NCBI GenBank assembly: GCA_001782825.1
Contig: MFPS01000008.1
Span: 137,012 to 201,011, forward strand
Direction of reading: 5' to 3'
DNA: 64,000 bases
Origin: Candidatus Magasanikbacteria bacterium RIFCSPHIGHO2_01_FULL_33_34
Lineage (GTDB): Bacteria > Patescibacteriota > Patescibacteriia > Magasanikbacterales > UBA922
Shown: piece after piece, positions 1 to 9,748 of the stretch
How the letters are laid out: every line of letters starts with the position of its first letter
Position numbering within the stretch: position 1 is the stretch's first letter
Notes under the pieces: model-generated
The model's input: the letters and a program-made list of their open reading frames with translations, nothing else
What the model was told of the DNA's origin: nothing
The model's database searches: none
Position numbers and translations under genes: made by a program

Positions 1-1
1 T

Positions 2-721
2 GTAAATAGCAAGTTAAATGAAGCAATTGATTTGACAAAACCACAGAAAGCTAAATTGACTTTAGTTCGCGCGGATGATTGTCCTTTGTGTGGAGATCTT
101 GTTCAATACAAAAATGTTGTTAAAGCTCAAAATGTAGAATTGTCTGATGATGTTGTTGTGGGTAGTAACAGTGAAGAAGGGAAGCAATTAATAAAAGATT
201 TAGGTTTAACTAGGCTTCCTGCCCTTGTATTTGTTACAGATGAAAATTTAAAATCAGAAATAGCCAAAACATTGGAAAAAGATTCCAGAAGAATTGGTGA
301 GAATACTATTGTTTGGGAAAAAGTATATCCGCCATATCTGGATATTCAAACTAAAAATGTTTCAGGTTTGGTTGATGTTATTTATATTACAGATAAAAGA
401 TGTGCTAATTGCTATGATCCATTACAAATTCATCGTCAAGTATTACAAAATTATGGTGTAGTAATTTCTTCTGAGAAAGTAGTAGATGTGCTTGATGCAG
501 TTGGTAATGAGTTAGTCAGTAAATACAATATAGAGCAGGTACCAACAGTACTTTTGTTTGGAACAGAAAATTATAGTACTTTTCTTAATATTTGGAGTCA
601 AGTTGGCACTATTGAAGATGATGGAATGTTAGTTTTTAGAAAACCTGAAGTATTAAATCAAACTTATAAAAATTTAATAACTGGAGTGGTTATTGAGCCA
701 TTGGTTGCAACTGAACTTTAA
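2..721 (+). CDS. Thioredoxin-fold protein with two CxxC motifs (CPLC, CANC); reading frame is open to window edge (first Met at 32), likely 5'-partial
   Basis: Two Cys-x-x-Cys motifs in thioredoxin-like contexts (DDCPLCGD, KRCANCYD); no in-frame stop upstream of Met32 back to position 2. Confidence 0.5.
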   Translation, partial: VNSKLNEAIDLTKPQKAKLTLVRADDCPLCGDLVQYKNVVKAQNVELSDDVVVGSNSEEGKQLIKDLGLTRLPALVFVTDENLKSEIAKTLEKDSRRIGENTIVWEKVYPPYLDIQTKNVSGLVDVIYITDKRCANCYDPLQIHRQVLQNYGVVISSEKVVDVLDAVGNELVSKYNIEQVPTVLLFGTENYSTFLNIWSQVGTIEDDGMLVFRKPEVLNQTYKNLITGVVIEPLVATEL

Positions 722-752
722 TAGGATTACTTTTATACACATGTCAATTAAC

Positions 753-781
753 TTGAGTTTAATGTGATTTTTTGGTATAGT
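753..781 (+). promoter_or_regulatory. Candidate sigma70-type promoter (TTGAGT-17bp-TATAGT) upstream of copA
   Basis: Hexamers with 17-bp spacer read directly from sequence about 80 bp upstream of the copA ATG. Confidence 0.35.
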
Positions 782-859
782 TTTTATGTAACCTAGGGGG
801 GTGGTATTAGATAAAATTAAGTTATAAAAAGGGTAGTAAGATTAATATTAAATTAATAT

Positions 860-3082
860 ATGAATAAAAAAGCACAGTTTGATATCCATGGTATGACTTG
901 CGCTAGTTGTGTGGCGCATATTAATGGGGATTTAAACAAAAAAGAAGGTGTAAAAAGTGTTCGGGTTAATTTTGCATTGGAACAAGCAGAAGTTGAATAT
1001 GACGAAGACAAACTATCGGTTGAAGATATTGTAGCCACTGTTAAAAAAAGTGGGTACAAAGCAGTACCAAAAAGTGATGGTGGTATAATAGATAAAGGAA
1101 TGCATAGAATGTCAGATGGTACTATGATGAGCGCAGGTGATCACTCCGCGCACGTGGCTACTGAAGGTGAAAAAGCTATCAAAGAAAGATTATATAAAGT
1201 ATTAATTGCTGGAGTTTTTGGTATCATTATTTTACTACTGACCTTTGGGGTGCATGTAGAAAAGGGTGGAATTATTATGATGCTTTTGTCGCTGGGAGTA
1301 TTGTATGCCGGACGAAACTTTTTTAAAGTCGGTATACCATCATTGTTTAAGGGTAGACCAGATATGGATACTTTGGTTGCGCTCGGTGTGGGTGCAGCCT
1401 TTTTGTATTCATCTTTTATCGTCCTTTATAGACCGGGTGAGGCCGAATATTTTATGGATGTGGGCATAATTACTACTTTTATTTTGTTGGGTCGTTATCT
1501 AGAAGCACGAGCCAAAGGCAAAGCATCGGAAGCTATCAAAAAATTACTACAACTATCTGCTAAAGTCGCACATCGGGTGGGGGCAAATGGAAAAGTTGAA
1601 GATATTCCGATAGAAGAGGTAAAAATAGGGGATAAAATTAGAGTTTTACCGGGTGAAAAAGTACCAGTTGATGGGATAATAGTAGAAGGTTCGGCTACAA
1701 TTGATGAATCTATGGTAACAGGTGAAAGTATTCCAGTGGAAAAAAATATTGGAGACGCGGTAATAGGTGCAACTATTAATCAAAATCAAATTTTTGTAAT
1801 GGAAGCAAAAAAAATAGGAGCCGATACTATTTTGGCGCATATTGTGAAGTTGGTCCAAGAGGCGCAAATGTCGCGTGCGCCGATTCAAAAATTGGTGGAT
1901 ATGGTTTCCAAATATTTTGTTTGGGCGATTATTTTTATGGCTATTTTGACTTTTGGAGGTTGGTATTTTGTTGACGGCAACTTTGCTCGTTCTTTGGTTT
2001 ATATGGTGACCGTGCTTATTATTGCTTGTCCATGTGCATTGGGTTTGGCCACGCCAATTTCAATTGTGGTGGGCACAGGACGGGGTGCGAGTTTGGGAAT
2101 TTTGATTAAAAATGCCGAGAGTTTGGAAAAAATGCACAAAATTACAGCGGTAGCTTTTGATAAAACTGGTACTATCACCAAAGGCCAACCAGAAGTACAA
2201 GAGTGGGTGGATGTGGTCGGAGTTAATGATGAATTGTTGTTTGTAGCCGCTGGTCTGGAATCTCAATCTGAGCATCCTCTTGCCAAAAGTATTGTAAAAT
2301 ATAGTGAGAAGATGCAAAAAGAAGCAGTACAAGCACAATTTTCTGATGTAAAAGCAGTAACTGGTAGGGGTATTATGGGAAAATATAATAGCAAAATATA
2401 TAGAGTGGGCAGTGTGAATTTTTTGCGTGAACAAAGTGTTGAAATCAATGAGAATGGTAAAAAGATTGAAGAATATGCTAGTCGTGGCTTTACAATAATT
2501 GGATTTAGTGAGGACAATAGATTGATTGGATTTTTTGCGGTGCAAGATGGATTAAAAGAAAGTTCAACCGAAGCGATCGCAAATTTGAGAAGTCAAGGAA
2601 TCAAAACAATAATGCTGACAGGAGATAATAAAACAGTAGCTGAGGAAATTGCCAAACAAGTGGGAATAGATGAAGTACGCGCCGAAGTGATGCCAGAGGA
2701 CAAAGTAAATATTATAAAAGAATTACAAAAAAAAGGAGAATATGTGGCAATGATAGGGGATGGAATAAATGATGCTCCAGCGATTGCACAGGCACAGGTG
2801 GGGATTGCTATGGGTACTGGTACTGATGTGGCTATGGAGTCAGGCGATGTGGTATTGGTAAAAGGAGATTTGCTAAAAGCATCTGAGTCAATTGCGCTTT
2901 CAGAAGCCACTCTCAAAAACATCAAGCAAAATCTTTTTTGGGCATTTATTTACAATACTGTGGGTGTTCCAATTGCAGCGCTTGGATTTTTGAATCCAAA
3001 AATTAGCGCTGCTGCTATGGCATTTAGTAGTATATCAGTGGTCTTAAACGCGATGCGTTTGAAGAGAATAAAATTGAAATAA
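860..3082 (+). CDS. copA: Copper-translocating P1B-type ATPase
   Basis: N-terminal HMA motif GMTCASCV, membrane CPC motif, DKTGT phosphorylation site, GDGINDAP hinge; 740 aa. Confidence 0.9.
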   Translation: MNKKAQFDIHGMTCASCVAHINGDLNKKEGVKSVRVNFALEQAEVEYDEDKLSVEDIVATVKKSGYKAVPKSDGGIIDKGMHRMSDGTMMSAGDHSAHVATEGEKAIKERLYKVLIAGVFGIIILLLTFGVHVEKGGIIMMLLSLGVLYAGRNFFKVGIPSLFKGRPDMDTLVALGVGAAFLYSSFIVLYRPGEAEYFMDVGIITTFILLGRYLEARAKGKASEAIKKLLQLSAKVAHRVGANGKVEDIPIEEVKIGDKIRVLPGEKVPVDGIIVEGSATIDESMVTGESIPVEKNIGDAVIGATINQNQIFVMEAKKIGADTILAHIVKLVQEAQMSRAPIQKLVDMVSKYFVWAIIFMAILTFGGWYFVDGNFARSLVYMVTVLIIACPCALGLATPISIVVGTGRGASLGILIKNAESLEKMHKITAVAFDKTGTITKGQPEVQEWVDVVGVNDELLFVAAGLESQSEHPLAKSIVKYSEKMQKEAVQAQFSDVKAVTGRGIMGKYNSKIYRVGSVNFLREQSVEINENGKKIEEYASRGFTIIGFSEDNRLIGFFAVQDGLKESSTEAIANLRSQGIKTIMLTGDNKTVAEEIAKQVGIDEVRAEVMPEDKVNIIKELQKKGEYVAMIGDGINDAPAIAQAQVGIAMGTGTDVAMESGDVVLVKGDLLKASESIALSEATLKNIKQNLFWAFIYNTVGVPIAALGFLNPKISAAAMAFSSISVVLNAMRLKRIKLK

Positions 3083-3151
3083 AATAAAATATAATATAAA
3101 TTATAGCTGTTCTTGTTTACAAACATATATACGGATAGTTCTTATATTAAA

Positions 3152-3180
3152 TTGACAATCATTTTATTTCAATATACTAT
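3152..3180 (+). promoter_or_regulatory. Candidate sigma70-type promoter TTGACA-17bp-TACTAT for uvrB
   Basis: Consensus -35 hexamer, 17-bp spacer, near-consensus -10, 35 bp upstream of uvrB start. Confidence 0.45.
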
Positions 3181-3214
3181 ATAGGAGCTCTTTAAGGGCA
3201 GTTTTTGTATTTAT

Positions 3215-5290
3215 ATGAATAAAAAGTTTAAATTAAAATCAGATTATAAGCCAGCCGGTGATCAGCCCAAAGCGATTAAGTCGCTTGTTTCAGGTTTTAA
3301 GAGTGGTAAAACTAGACAAACTTTGCTTGGTGTAACTGGCTCGGGAAAGACATTTACAGTAGCCAATGTGATTGAAAAACTTCAAAAACCCACTTTGGTA
3401 ATAGCACATAATAAAACTTTGGCAGCCCAGCTTTGCAATGAATTTCGGGAATTTTTTCCAGATAATGCGGTAGAATATTTTGTCAGTTATTATGATTATT
3501 ATCAACCAGAGGCATATATGCCAGGGTCAGATACCTATATAGAAAAAGAAGCGCAAATCAATGAAGAAATAGATCGTTTGCGCCATGCTTGTACTCAAGC
3601 CTTACTTACTCGTAAGGATGTGATTGTGGTGGCTTCAGTTTCTTGTATATATAATATTGGGTCGCCAACCGAGTATGAAAAAGCAGTATTGCATTTACAA
3701 TTAGGTCAAAAATTGAATCGTGGTGGTATGCTTCAACAGTTGATTGAAATGCAATTTGAAAGAACCAATAGTGATCTCAAAAGAGGCCATTTCCGTATGC
3801 GCGGAGAAGTATTTGAATTGATGCCAGTCAATGAAGAAAAAATTTATCGTTTTGAAATTTCTGATAAAATAAACAAGATAGAAATGATTGATAATGTTAC
3901 TCGTAAAATTATCAGAGAAATAAAAGATGCTTGGATTTTTCCGGCTAAACATTATGTAGCAACTGAGGAATCCAGAAAAAAAGCTTTTGAAAGTATAAAT
4001 AAAGAATTAACTGAACGCTTGAAATATTTTCAAAAAAAAGAAAAGGTTTTGGAATATGAAAGATTGAAGCGTAAAGTAAAATATGATTTGGAAATGATAA
4101 AAAATGTTGGCTATTGTAATGGAATTGAAAATTATTCTAGTCATTTTGATGGTCGAGCTGTTGGTGAACCAGCTTTTACATTGTTAGATTTTTTTGCTCA
4201 TGCTTCCAAAGATTTTTTGACTGTGATAGATGAGTCTCATGTGACAGTATCGCAAATTGGTGGAATGTATAATGGCGACAGATCTCGCAAAAGTACCCTC
4301 ATAGAACATGGTTTTCGTTTGCCTAGCGCTTTGGACAATCGACCACTCAAGTTTGATGAATTTGATAGTAGAGTCAGGCAGACTATATATGTATCAGCCA
4401 CACCAAATCAATATGAAATCAAAGAAAGTCAACAGGTAGTAGAACAAATTGTTCGTCCGACTGGTTTGGTTGATCCAGAAATAGTAATAAGGCCAATCAC
4501 AAGTTCACACAAACATACAAACATACAAACATCTAAACATAAAAATATAAAACAACAAAGTTTGTCACAAGTTGAAGATTTAATACTTAGAATAGATGAG
4601 AGAATCAAACAAGATGAAAGAGTTTTGGTAACTACCTTGACCAAAAAGATGGCCGAGGATTTGACAGATTATTTGAAAGAAAAAAAATACCAAGTAGAGT
4701 ATTTGCATAGTGATATAAAAACTTTGGAGAGAATTCAAGTGATTAATAACTTGCGTCATGGTAAAATTGATATTATTGTGGGTGTAAATTTGTTGCGTGA
4801 AGGGCTAGATATGCCGGAAGTTTCATTGGTGGCGATATTGGACGCTGATAAAGAAGGTTTTTTGCGTAGCGAGACCAGTCTCATACAAACTATTGGTCGA
4901 GCTGCTCGCAATATCAATGGTCAAGTATTATTGTATGCGGATAATATAACTGGCTCAATCAAGCGGGCGATTGATGAAACAGAGCGTCGTCGCAAAATAC
5001 AGATAGAGTACAACAAAAAACACGGTATAACCCCGCAAACCATAAAAAAACATATCAAAAATATTTTGGAAGAATTTGGTATTGATATTAATAAAAGTAA
5101 ACAAAATAATAGGACAAAGAGGACCAAAAAAATACTTGATTTAGATCTTTCTGGAGACAAAAGACCAATTGATGAGATTATAAAAGACAAAGAGAAAAAA
5201 ATGCGAGAAGCGGCTGAAAAACTGGAATTTGAATTGGCAACCATATTGCGTGATGAAATTGTGCAATTGAGTAAGAAAATTAAGAAATAA
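3215..5290 (+). CDS. uvrB: Excinuclease ABC subunit B
   Basis: Helicase motifs (GVTGSGKTFT Walker A), UvrB-specific beta-hairpin region, C-terminal UVR coiled coil (EFELATILRDEI); 691 aa with a roughly 20-aa low-complexity insertion. Confidence 0.95.
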   Translation: MNKKFKLKSDYKPAGDQPKAIKSLVSGFKSGKTRQTLLGVTGSGKTFTVANVIEKLQKPTLVIAHNKTLAAQLCNEFREFFPDNAVEYFVSYYDYYQPEAYMPGSDTYIEKEAQINEEIDRLRHACTQALLTRKDVIVVASVSCIYNIGSPTEYEKAVLHLQLGQKLNRGGMLQQLIEMQFERTNSDLKRGHFRMRGEVFELMPVNEEKIYRFEISDKINKIEMIDNVTRKIIREIKDAWIFPAKHYVATEESRKKAFESINKELTERLKYFQKKEKVLEYERLKRKVKYDLEMIKNVGYCNGIENYSSHFDGRAVGEPAFTLLDFFAHASKDFLTVIDESHVTVSQIGGMYNGDRSRKSTLIEHGFRLPSALDNRPLKFDEFDSRVRQTIYVSATPNQYEIKESQQVVEQIVRPTGLVDPEIVIRPITSSHKHTNIQTSKHKNIKQQSLSQVEDLILRIDERIKQDERVLVTTLTKKMAEDLTDYLKEKKYQVEYLHSDIKTLERIQVINNLRHGKIDIIVGVNLLREGLDMPEVSLVAILDADKEGFLRSETSLIQTIGRAARNINGQVLLYADNITGSIKRAIDETERRRKIQIEYNKKHGITPQTIKKHIKNILEEFGIDINKSKQNNRTKRTKKILDLDLSGDKRPIDEIIKDKEKKMREAAEKLEFELATILRDEIVQLSKKIKK

Positions 5291-5309
5291 TTAGATTAAA
5301 CTATAAAAT

Positions 5310-6374
5310 ATGGAAAAAAACTTTAGACCAAAATCACAGGAGCATTTACAGGCTCAAGTTGAAGCGTTTGGTGACAAAGGTGTAAAAGAATTTTCTGATG
5401 AACAAAAAAAGTTGCTTCAGCATTCGGCTGAGCTTGCTAAAATAGATGACATAGATAATTTACCTTCGGATTTATCGCCAGAACTCGTTGAACTAATAGA
5501 ATCCAATCGTAAGAGTTATATTGAATTTTTGCGTAGAGAAAAAGGAAAGGAAATTCAGTTTAGAAAAGAAAATATTGAACACTTCAAAGAAAAATTTGAA
5601 GATACAATCAAGGCGCTGAAAGAAAAAATTGAAATAGATGGTGCAAAAGAGCAATACTTGGGTTCAGGTAGCAATGGAGACGCTTATAGAATTGAAGTTG
5701 GTGGAAAAGAATATGCCGCAAAATTTTCTCGCTTACTTACACAGGCAAATTTTGAAATAAAGCCACTTTTGCGAGCTGAGGGCATAGAACATACGGCACA
5801 ACTTGTGGCATATTCTTTTGAGCACAAGGTAGTCGTTATGGAACTGCTACCTGGAACAGATGTGACAAATTTTTTGCCTGAAAATGCTCCTGAATATTCT
5901 AATGAAGACATAGTTCAGCTTATTGAAACAGTACAAGAATTAGATCGTAATGGTATTGTAATAGATCCAAAACCGTCAAATTTTCTCTACGATAAAAAAG
6001 AAGGTTTTAGCGTACTTGATTTTCATCTAAAGGAAGCACACAAGGAGTCTTTGGCGGATTCGATTATAAGTTTAAGACTAGCATTAACTACTAGGAAATG
6101 GCCTAGGCTAGATTATAAAGCCAATGATTATGAAGAAAAATTAGCAGAACAAAACATAGAACAAAAAAAGATATATCTTCCGATGATGGTGCGATTTTTG
6201 ACAATTCTCCGAGATAAGTTTCCTGAGATACTTGAGGATTATAAACGTGCATATGCAGAAAGAGAAGCAAACCCTCGAATCAGGCAAATTCCTGTTATAG
6301 ACCGAAGATATATTCAAGTCGACCATCCAGATCTCGCTCCACATTTAGAAAAGCTAGAGAAAATGGGGTTCTAA
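5310..6374 (+). CDS. Protein-kinase-like fold protein (eukaryotic-like kinase / phosphotransferase superfamily)
   Basis: Gly-rich loop LGSGSNGDAYRI, Lys in YAAKF, catalytic-loop-like IDPKPSNFLY, DFG-like LDFH; unique about 115-aa N-terminal region. Confidence 0.5.
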   Translation: MEKNFRPKSQEHLQAQVEAFGDKGVKEFSDEQKKLLQHSAELAKIDDIDNLPSDLSPELVELIESNRKSYIEFLRREKGKEIQFRKENIEHFKEKFEDTIKALKEKIEIDGAKEQYLGSGSNGDAYRIEVGGKEYAAKFSRLLTQANFEIKPLLRAEGIEHTAQLVAYSFEHKVVVMELLPGTDVTNFLPENAPEYSNEDIVQLIETVQELDRNGIVIDPKPSNFLYDKKEGFSVLDFHLKEAHKESLADSIISLRLALTTRKWPRLDYKANDYEEKLAEQNIEQKKIYLPMMVRFLTILRDKFPEILEDYKRAYAEREANPRIRQIPVIDRRYIQVDHPDLAPHLEKLEKMGF

Positions 6375-6425
6375 AAATTGTTTTGATTTTATATTCCTCC
6401 CTTCGGTCAGAATTAAAAATATATT

Positions 6426-6935
6426 TTACTTTACTTCAAGTTTTACATCATTACTATATATTTCGCATTCTTCATTTTGCAAAGCACAGATACGGAAGTG
6501 ATATGTGCCTGATGGTACATCCACCCAAGTTGCTTCTCTGTTGCCAGAGTATTGTCTGAACCAATAGTTTAGACCATCATGGATTGGATTTTCTTCAACT
6601 GATCTTACCAAAATAAATCCTTTGTTGTCATCGGTTTGTATATCTTCAGGCAACTTCCATTCAAAGAAAACCTTTCCATTACCAAGTGATTTTCCTGAAA
6701 GATTAAAGTTTTTGTCTTTATCTGCTTCCATTATTTCTGTATTATCTTTTTCTTCCATTGCTTCTGTATTTGCTGTTTTATCATTTTCCATCATAACTTC
6801 GGAGTCTTTTACTTCTACTTGAGTTTCTTCGGTAGTTTCTGTATCATCTGTTTCTTCTATTTCTGGAGTAGATTTAAGAAAGAACCAACCTACTAGAGCT
6901 ATGACAGTAATGAGAATAATATGTTTCATTTTCAT
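6426..6935 (-). CDS. Membrane-anchored or secreted protein with acidic T/E/D-rich linker and C-terminal Ig/Fn3-like beta domain
   Basis: N-terminal hydrophobic segment, low-complexity acidic stretch, C-terminal domain with two Cys (FRICALQNEECEIY). Confidence 0.45.
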   Translation of the reverse strand: MKMKHIILITVIALVGWFFLKSTPEIEETDDTETTEETQVEVKDSEVMMENDKTANTEAMEEKDNTEIMEADKDKNFNLSGKSLGNGKVFFEWKLPEDIQTDDNKGFILVRSVEENPIHDGLNYWFRQYSGNREATWVDVPSGTYHFRICALQNEECEIYSNDVKLEVK

Positions 6936-7008
6936 AGTTTTAAAAAACTTAATAATTAATTAGTAAATTTTAACATGTTTGCTAATCTGATGCAACAATT
7001 GTTTACAA

Positions 7009-7037
7009 TTGACAAAGTGGAAAAAATATAATATATT
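7009..7037 (+). promoter_or_regulatory. Candidate promoter TTGACA-17bp-TATATT for uvrA, overlapped by the palindrome CAATTGTTTACAATTG
   Basis: Read directly from sequence, 60 bp upstream of uvrA. Confidence 0.35.
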
Positions 7038-7099
7038 AACCTAATTACTACCCCCTAAGTGAAAGGCTTTTAAGGGGGTTTTGGAGTATAAAATTAAAT

Positions 7100-9652
7100 A
7101 TGCAAGAAAAAATAAGTATAAAAGGAGCGCGTGAACACAATTTAAAGAATATCAATCTGGAATTGCCACGCAACAAAATGATAGTTTTTACTGGCTTGTC
7201 TGGTTCGGGTAAGTCTTCTTTGGCTTTTGATACTATTTTTGCTGAGGGGCAAAGAAGATATATAGAAAGTTTGTCGGCGTATGCTAGGCAATTTTTGGGT
7301 GGTATGAATAAGCCAGATGTAGACGAAATTGAAGGGTTGTCTCCAGCAATTTCTATTGATCAAAAAGCTCATCGCGCCAATCCACGCTCAACTGTCGCGA
7401 CTATTACAGAAATTTATGATTATCTGCGAGTTTTGTTTGCTCGTATTGGTCAGCCGTATTGTCCAGAATGCAATACTAAAATTGAAAAAATGACTACTGA
7501 TGAAATATATGATCGTATTGTAAAAATAGATACAAAAGGTGAGATTATATTGTTGTCTCCAGTGGTTCGTGGTCGTAAAGGTGAATATTATCAAATGCTT
7601 TATGATATGTATAATAATGGATTTTTGCATGCGAGAATTGACGGCAAAATGTACAATTTGCGTGAGCAAGTTATAATGGAAAAAAATAAAAAGCATACGA
7701 TTGAAATTGTAGTTGGTAGGTTTGATGCGGAAATGATACAGAATGTAAAAGATATTCAGGCTGAATTGGCTGAAGCAATAGAGTCTGCCGTAGATTTGTC
7801 AGATGGTTTGTGTACCGTTATATATAATAAAAATGAGGAAAAAGTCTATAGTACAGAATATTCTTGTCCAAAAGATGGCTATAGTTTTCCAGAAATTGAA
7901 CCGCGTTTATTTAGTTTCAATAGTCCTTATGGATATTGTGATTTTTGCGCTGGTTTGGGAACAGAACAATTGTTCAGTGAGATTCCTTGTCCACAATGTA
8001 ATGGTAAAAGATTGAATAATAATGCTTTGAGTGTGCGTATTGCAGACAAGAATATTTGGGAAATAACTGATTTTACTATTGGCGAAGCCAGTGATTTTTT
8101 TATCAATATAGAGGACAAATTGACTGATAAACAAAAAGAGATTTCTGGCGCAGCAATGCGTGAAATTCAAAACAGGTTACATTTTATGTTCGATGTTGGT
8201 TTGCATTATATTACTTTGAATCGTCGGGCAGGGACTTTGTCTGGTGGTGAAGCACAGCGCATCAGATTGGCTTCACAAGTAGGACAAAAACTGGTTGGCG
8301 CTCTTTATGTGCTTGATGAGCCGACTATTGGATTGCACCAGAGAGATAATGATCAGTTGGTAAAAACTTTACGAAATCTGTGTGATATCGGAAATACGAT
8401 TATTGTGGTAGAACATGATGAGGAAACAATTTTGACCAGTGATTGGGTGGTAGATATTGGTCCGGGAGCAGGTGAACATGGTGGTCAGGTTGTTTATTCT
8501 GGTAGTTTGGATAGTTTGTTGAAAAATATTGAGCCAGAAAAAAAACAATTTGAATGCGTAACTATGGGCAGTGTAAAAAAATCATTGACTGGAAAATATT
8601 TGCGTGGAGAAGAAAAAATTGAAGTGCCAATTGATAGGAAAAAAGTTGATCAGTATACCCCAAAAATAAAAATAATCGGCGCAGAAGAGCATAATTTGAA
8701 AAATATCAATGTAGAGATACCGCTCAAAAGATTGGTTTGTCTCACAGGTGTATCTGGCTCGGGCAAGTCTACTCTGATGAATAGAATTTTGTATAGAGCA
8801 ATATCCAACAAGCTCAATCATACGAAAAAGACAGTGGGTAAACACAAGGCTATAAAAGGATTGGAATATATTGATAAAATTATTAGGATCAATCAAAGTC
8901 CAATTGGACGAACACCACGATCCAATCCTGTTACTTATACCAAAGCTTATGATTTTATTCGTGAAATTTTTGCTTCTACAACAGAGGCTCGTATGAAGGG
9001 ATTCAAGGTAGGAAGGTTTAGTTTTAATCGTCCTGGTGGTCGTTGTGAGAATTGTGAAGGTAGGGGAGTATTGGAAATTGAGATGCACTTTTTGCCTAGT
9101 GTAGAGATAGTTTGTGATGTTTGTCGAGGCAAGAGATTCAATCAAGAAACTTTGGCTATCCATTATGATGGAAAAAATATTGCACAAGTTTTGGATATGA
9201 CAGTGGGCGAAGCGCGAGAATTCTTCAAAAATATTCCTGGCATAGGAGATAAATTAGATATGTTGCATGAGGTTGGTTTGGATTATTTGCGTTTGGGTCA
9301 ATCAGCGACTACTCTATCAGGCGGTGAAGCGCAAAGAATTAAGTTAAGTAAAGAATTGGCTAAGAGAAATACTACCAAAACTCTTTATCTACTGGACGAA
9401 CCAACTGTGGGATTGCATTATGCAGATGTAAAAAAATTGATTGGTGTTTTGGAACAGTTGGTTTCAAAGGGTAATACAGTGATGGTCATAGAGCATAATT
9501 TGGATGTGATCAAATGTGCTGATTGGTTGATTGATTTGGGTCCAGATGGAGGTGACAAAGGTGGTGAATTGGTTAAAGAAGGCACTCCAGAGGAAATTGC
9601 TAGACATGGTTTTAGTCAAACAGGTAAGTATTTAAAAAAATATTTGAAATAA
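7100..9652 (+). CDS. uvrA: Excinuclease ABC subunit A (compact form, 850 aa)
   Basis: Two ABC ATPase modules (GLSGSGKSS / GVSGSGKST Walker A, LSGGEAQR signatures), three zinc-finger CxxC pairs; very short spacing between the CDFC and CPQC pairs. Confidence 0.95.
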   Translation: MQEKISIKGAREHNLKNINLELPRNKMIVFTGLSGSGKSSLAFDTIFAEGQRRYIESLSAYARQFLGGMNKPDVDEIEGLSPAISIDQKAHRANPRSTVATITEIYDYLRVLFARIGQPYCPECNTKIEKMTTDEIYDRIVKIDTKGEIILLSPVVRGRKGEYYQMLYDMYNNGFLHARIDGKMYNLREQVIMEKNKKHTIEIVVGRFDAEMIQNVKDIQAELAEAIESAVDLSDGLCTVIYNKNEEKVYSTEYSCPKDGYSFPEIEPRLFSFNSPYGYCDFCAGLGTEQLFSEIPCPQCNGKRLNNNALSVRIADKNIWEITDFTIGEASDFFINIEDKLTDKQKEISGAAMREIQNRLHFMFDVGLHYITLNRRAGTLSGGEAQRIRLASQVGQKLVGALYVLDEPTIGLHQRDNDQLVKTLRNLCDIGNTIIVVEHDEETILTSDWVVDIGPGAGEHGGQVVYSGSLDSLLKNIEPEKKQFECVTMGSVKKSLTGKYLRGEEKIEVPIDRKKVDQYTPKIKIIGAEEHNLKNINVEIPLKRLVCLTGVSGSGKSTLMNRILYRAISNKLNHTKKTVGKHKAIKGLEYIDKIIRINQSPIGRTPRSNPVTYTKAYDFIREIFASTTEARMKGFKVGRFSFNRPGGRCENCEGRGVLEIEMHFLPSVEIVCDVCRGKRFNQETLAIHYDGKNIAQVLDMTVGEAREFFKNIPGIGDKLDMLHEVGLDYLRLGQSATTLSGGEAQRIKLSKELAKRNTTKTLYLLDEPTVGLHYADVKKLIGVLEQLVSKGNTVMVIEHNLDVIKCADWLIDLGPDGGDKGGELVKEGTPEEIARHGFSQTGKYLKKYLK

Positions 9653-9748
9653 TGCATTAAAGAAGCTTGGTAGAATTTGTGTGATTATCATTTTTACTCA
9701 TTCTCGCATGTGGGTTCCGATACAATTTAACAATATAACAATTTAACA

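Noticed and set aside
797-805. G6 homopolymer (CTAGGGGGGTGG) in the copA 5' UTR and similar CCCCCTAAG...TAAGGGGG inverted repeat at about 7050-7078 before uvrA
   Set aside because: Could be slippage-prone or structured leader elements, but single occurrences with no coding consequence; insufficient evidence for phase variation
853-3082. Minus-strand ORFs of 60-161 aa (853-1059, 1646-1888, 1999-2181, 2060-2545, 2263-2517, 2593-2925) inside copA
   Set aside because: Antisense to a strongly supported P-type ATPase; low-complexity, no motifs
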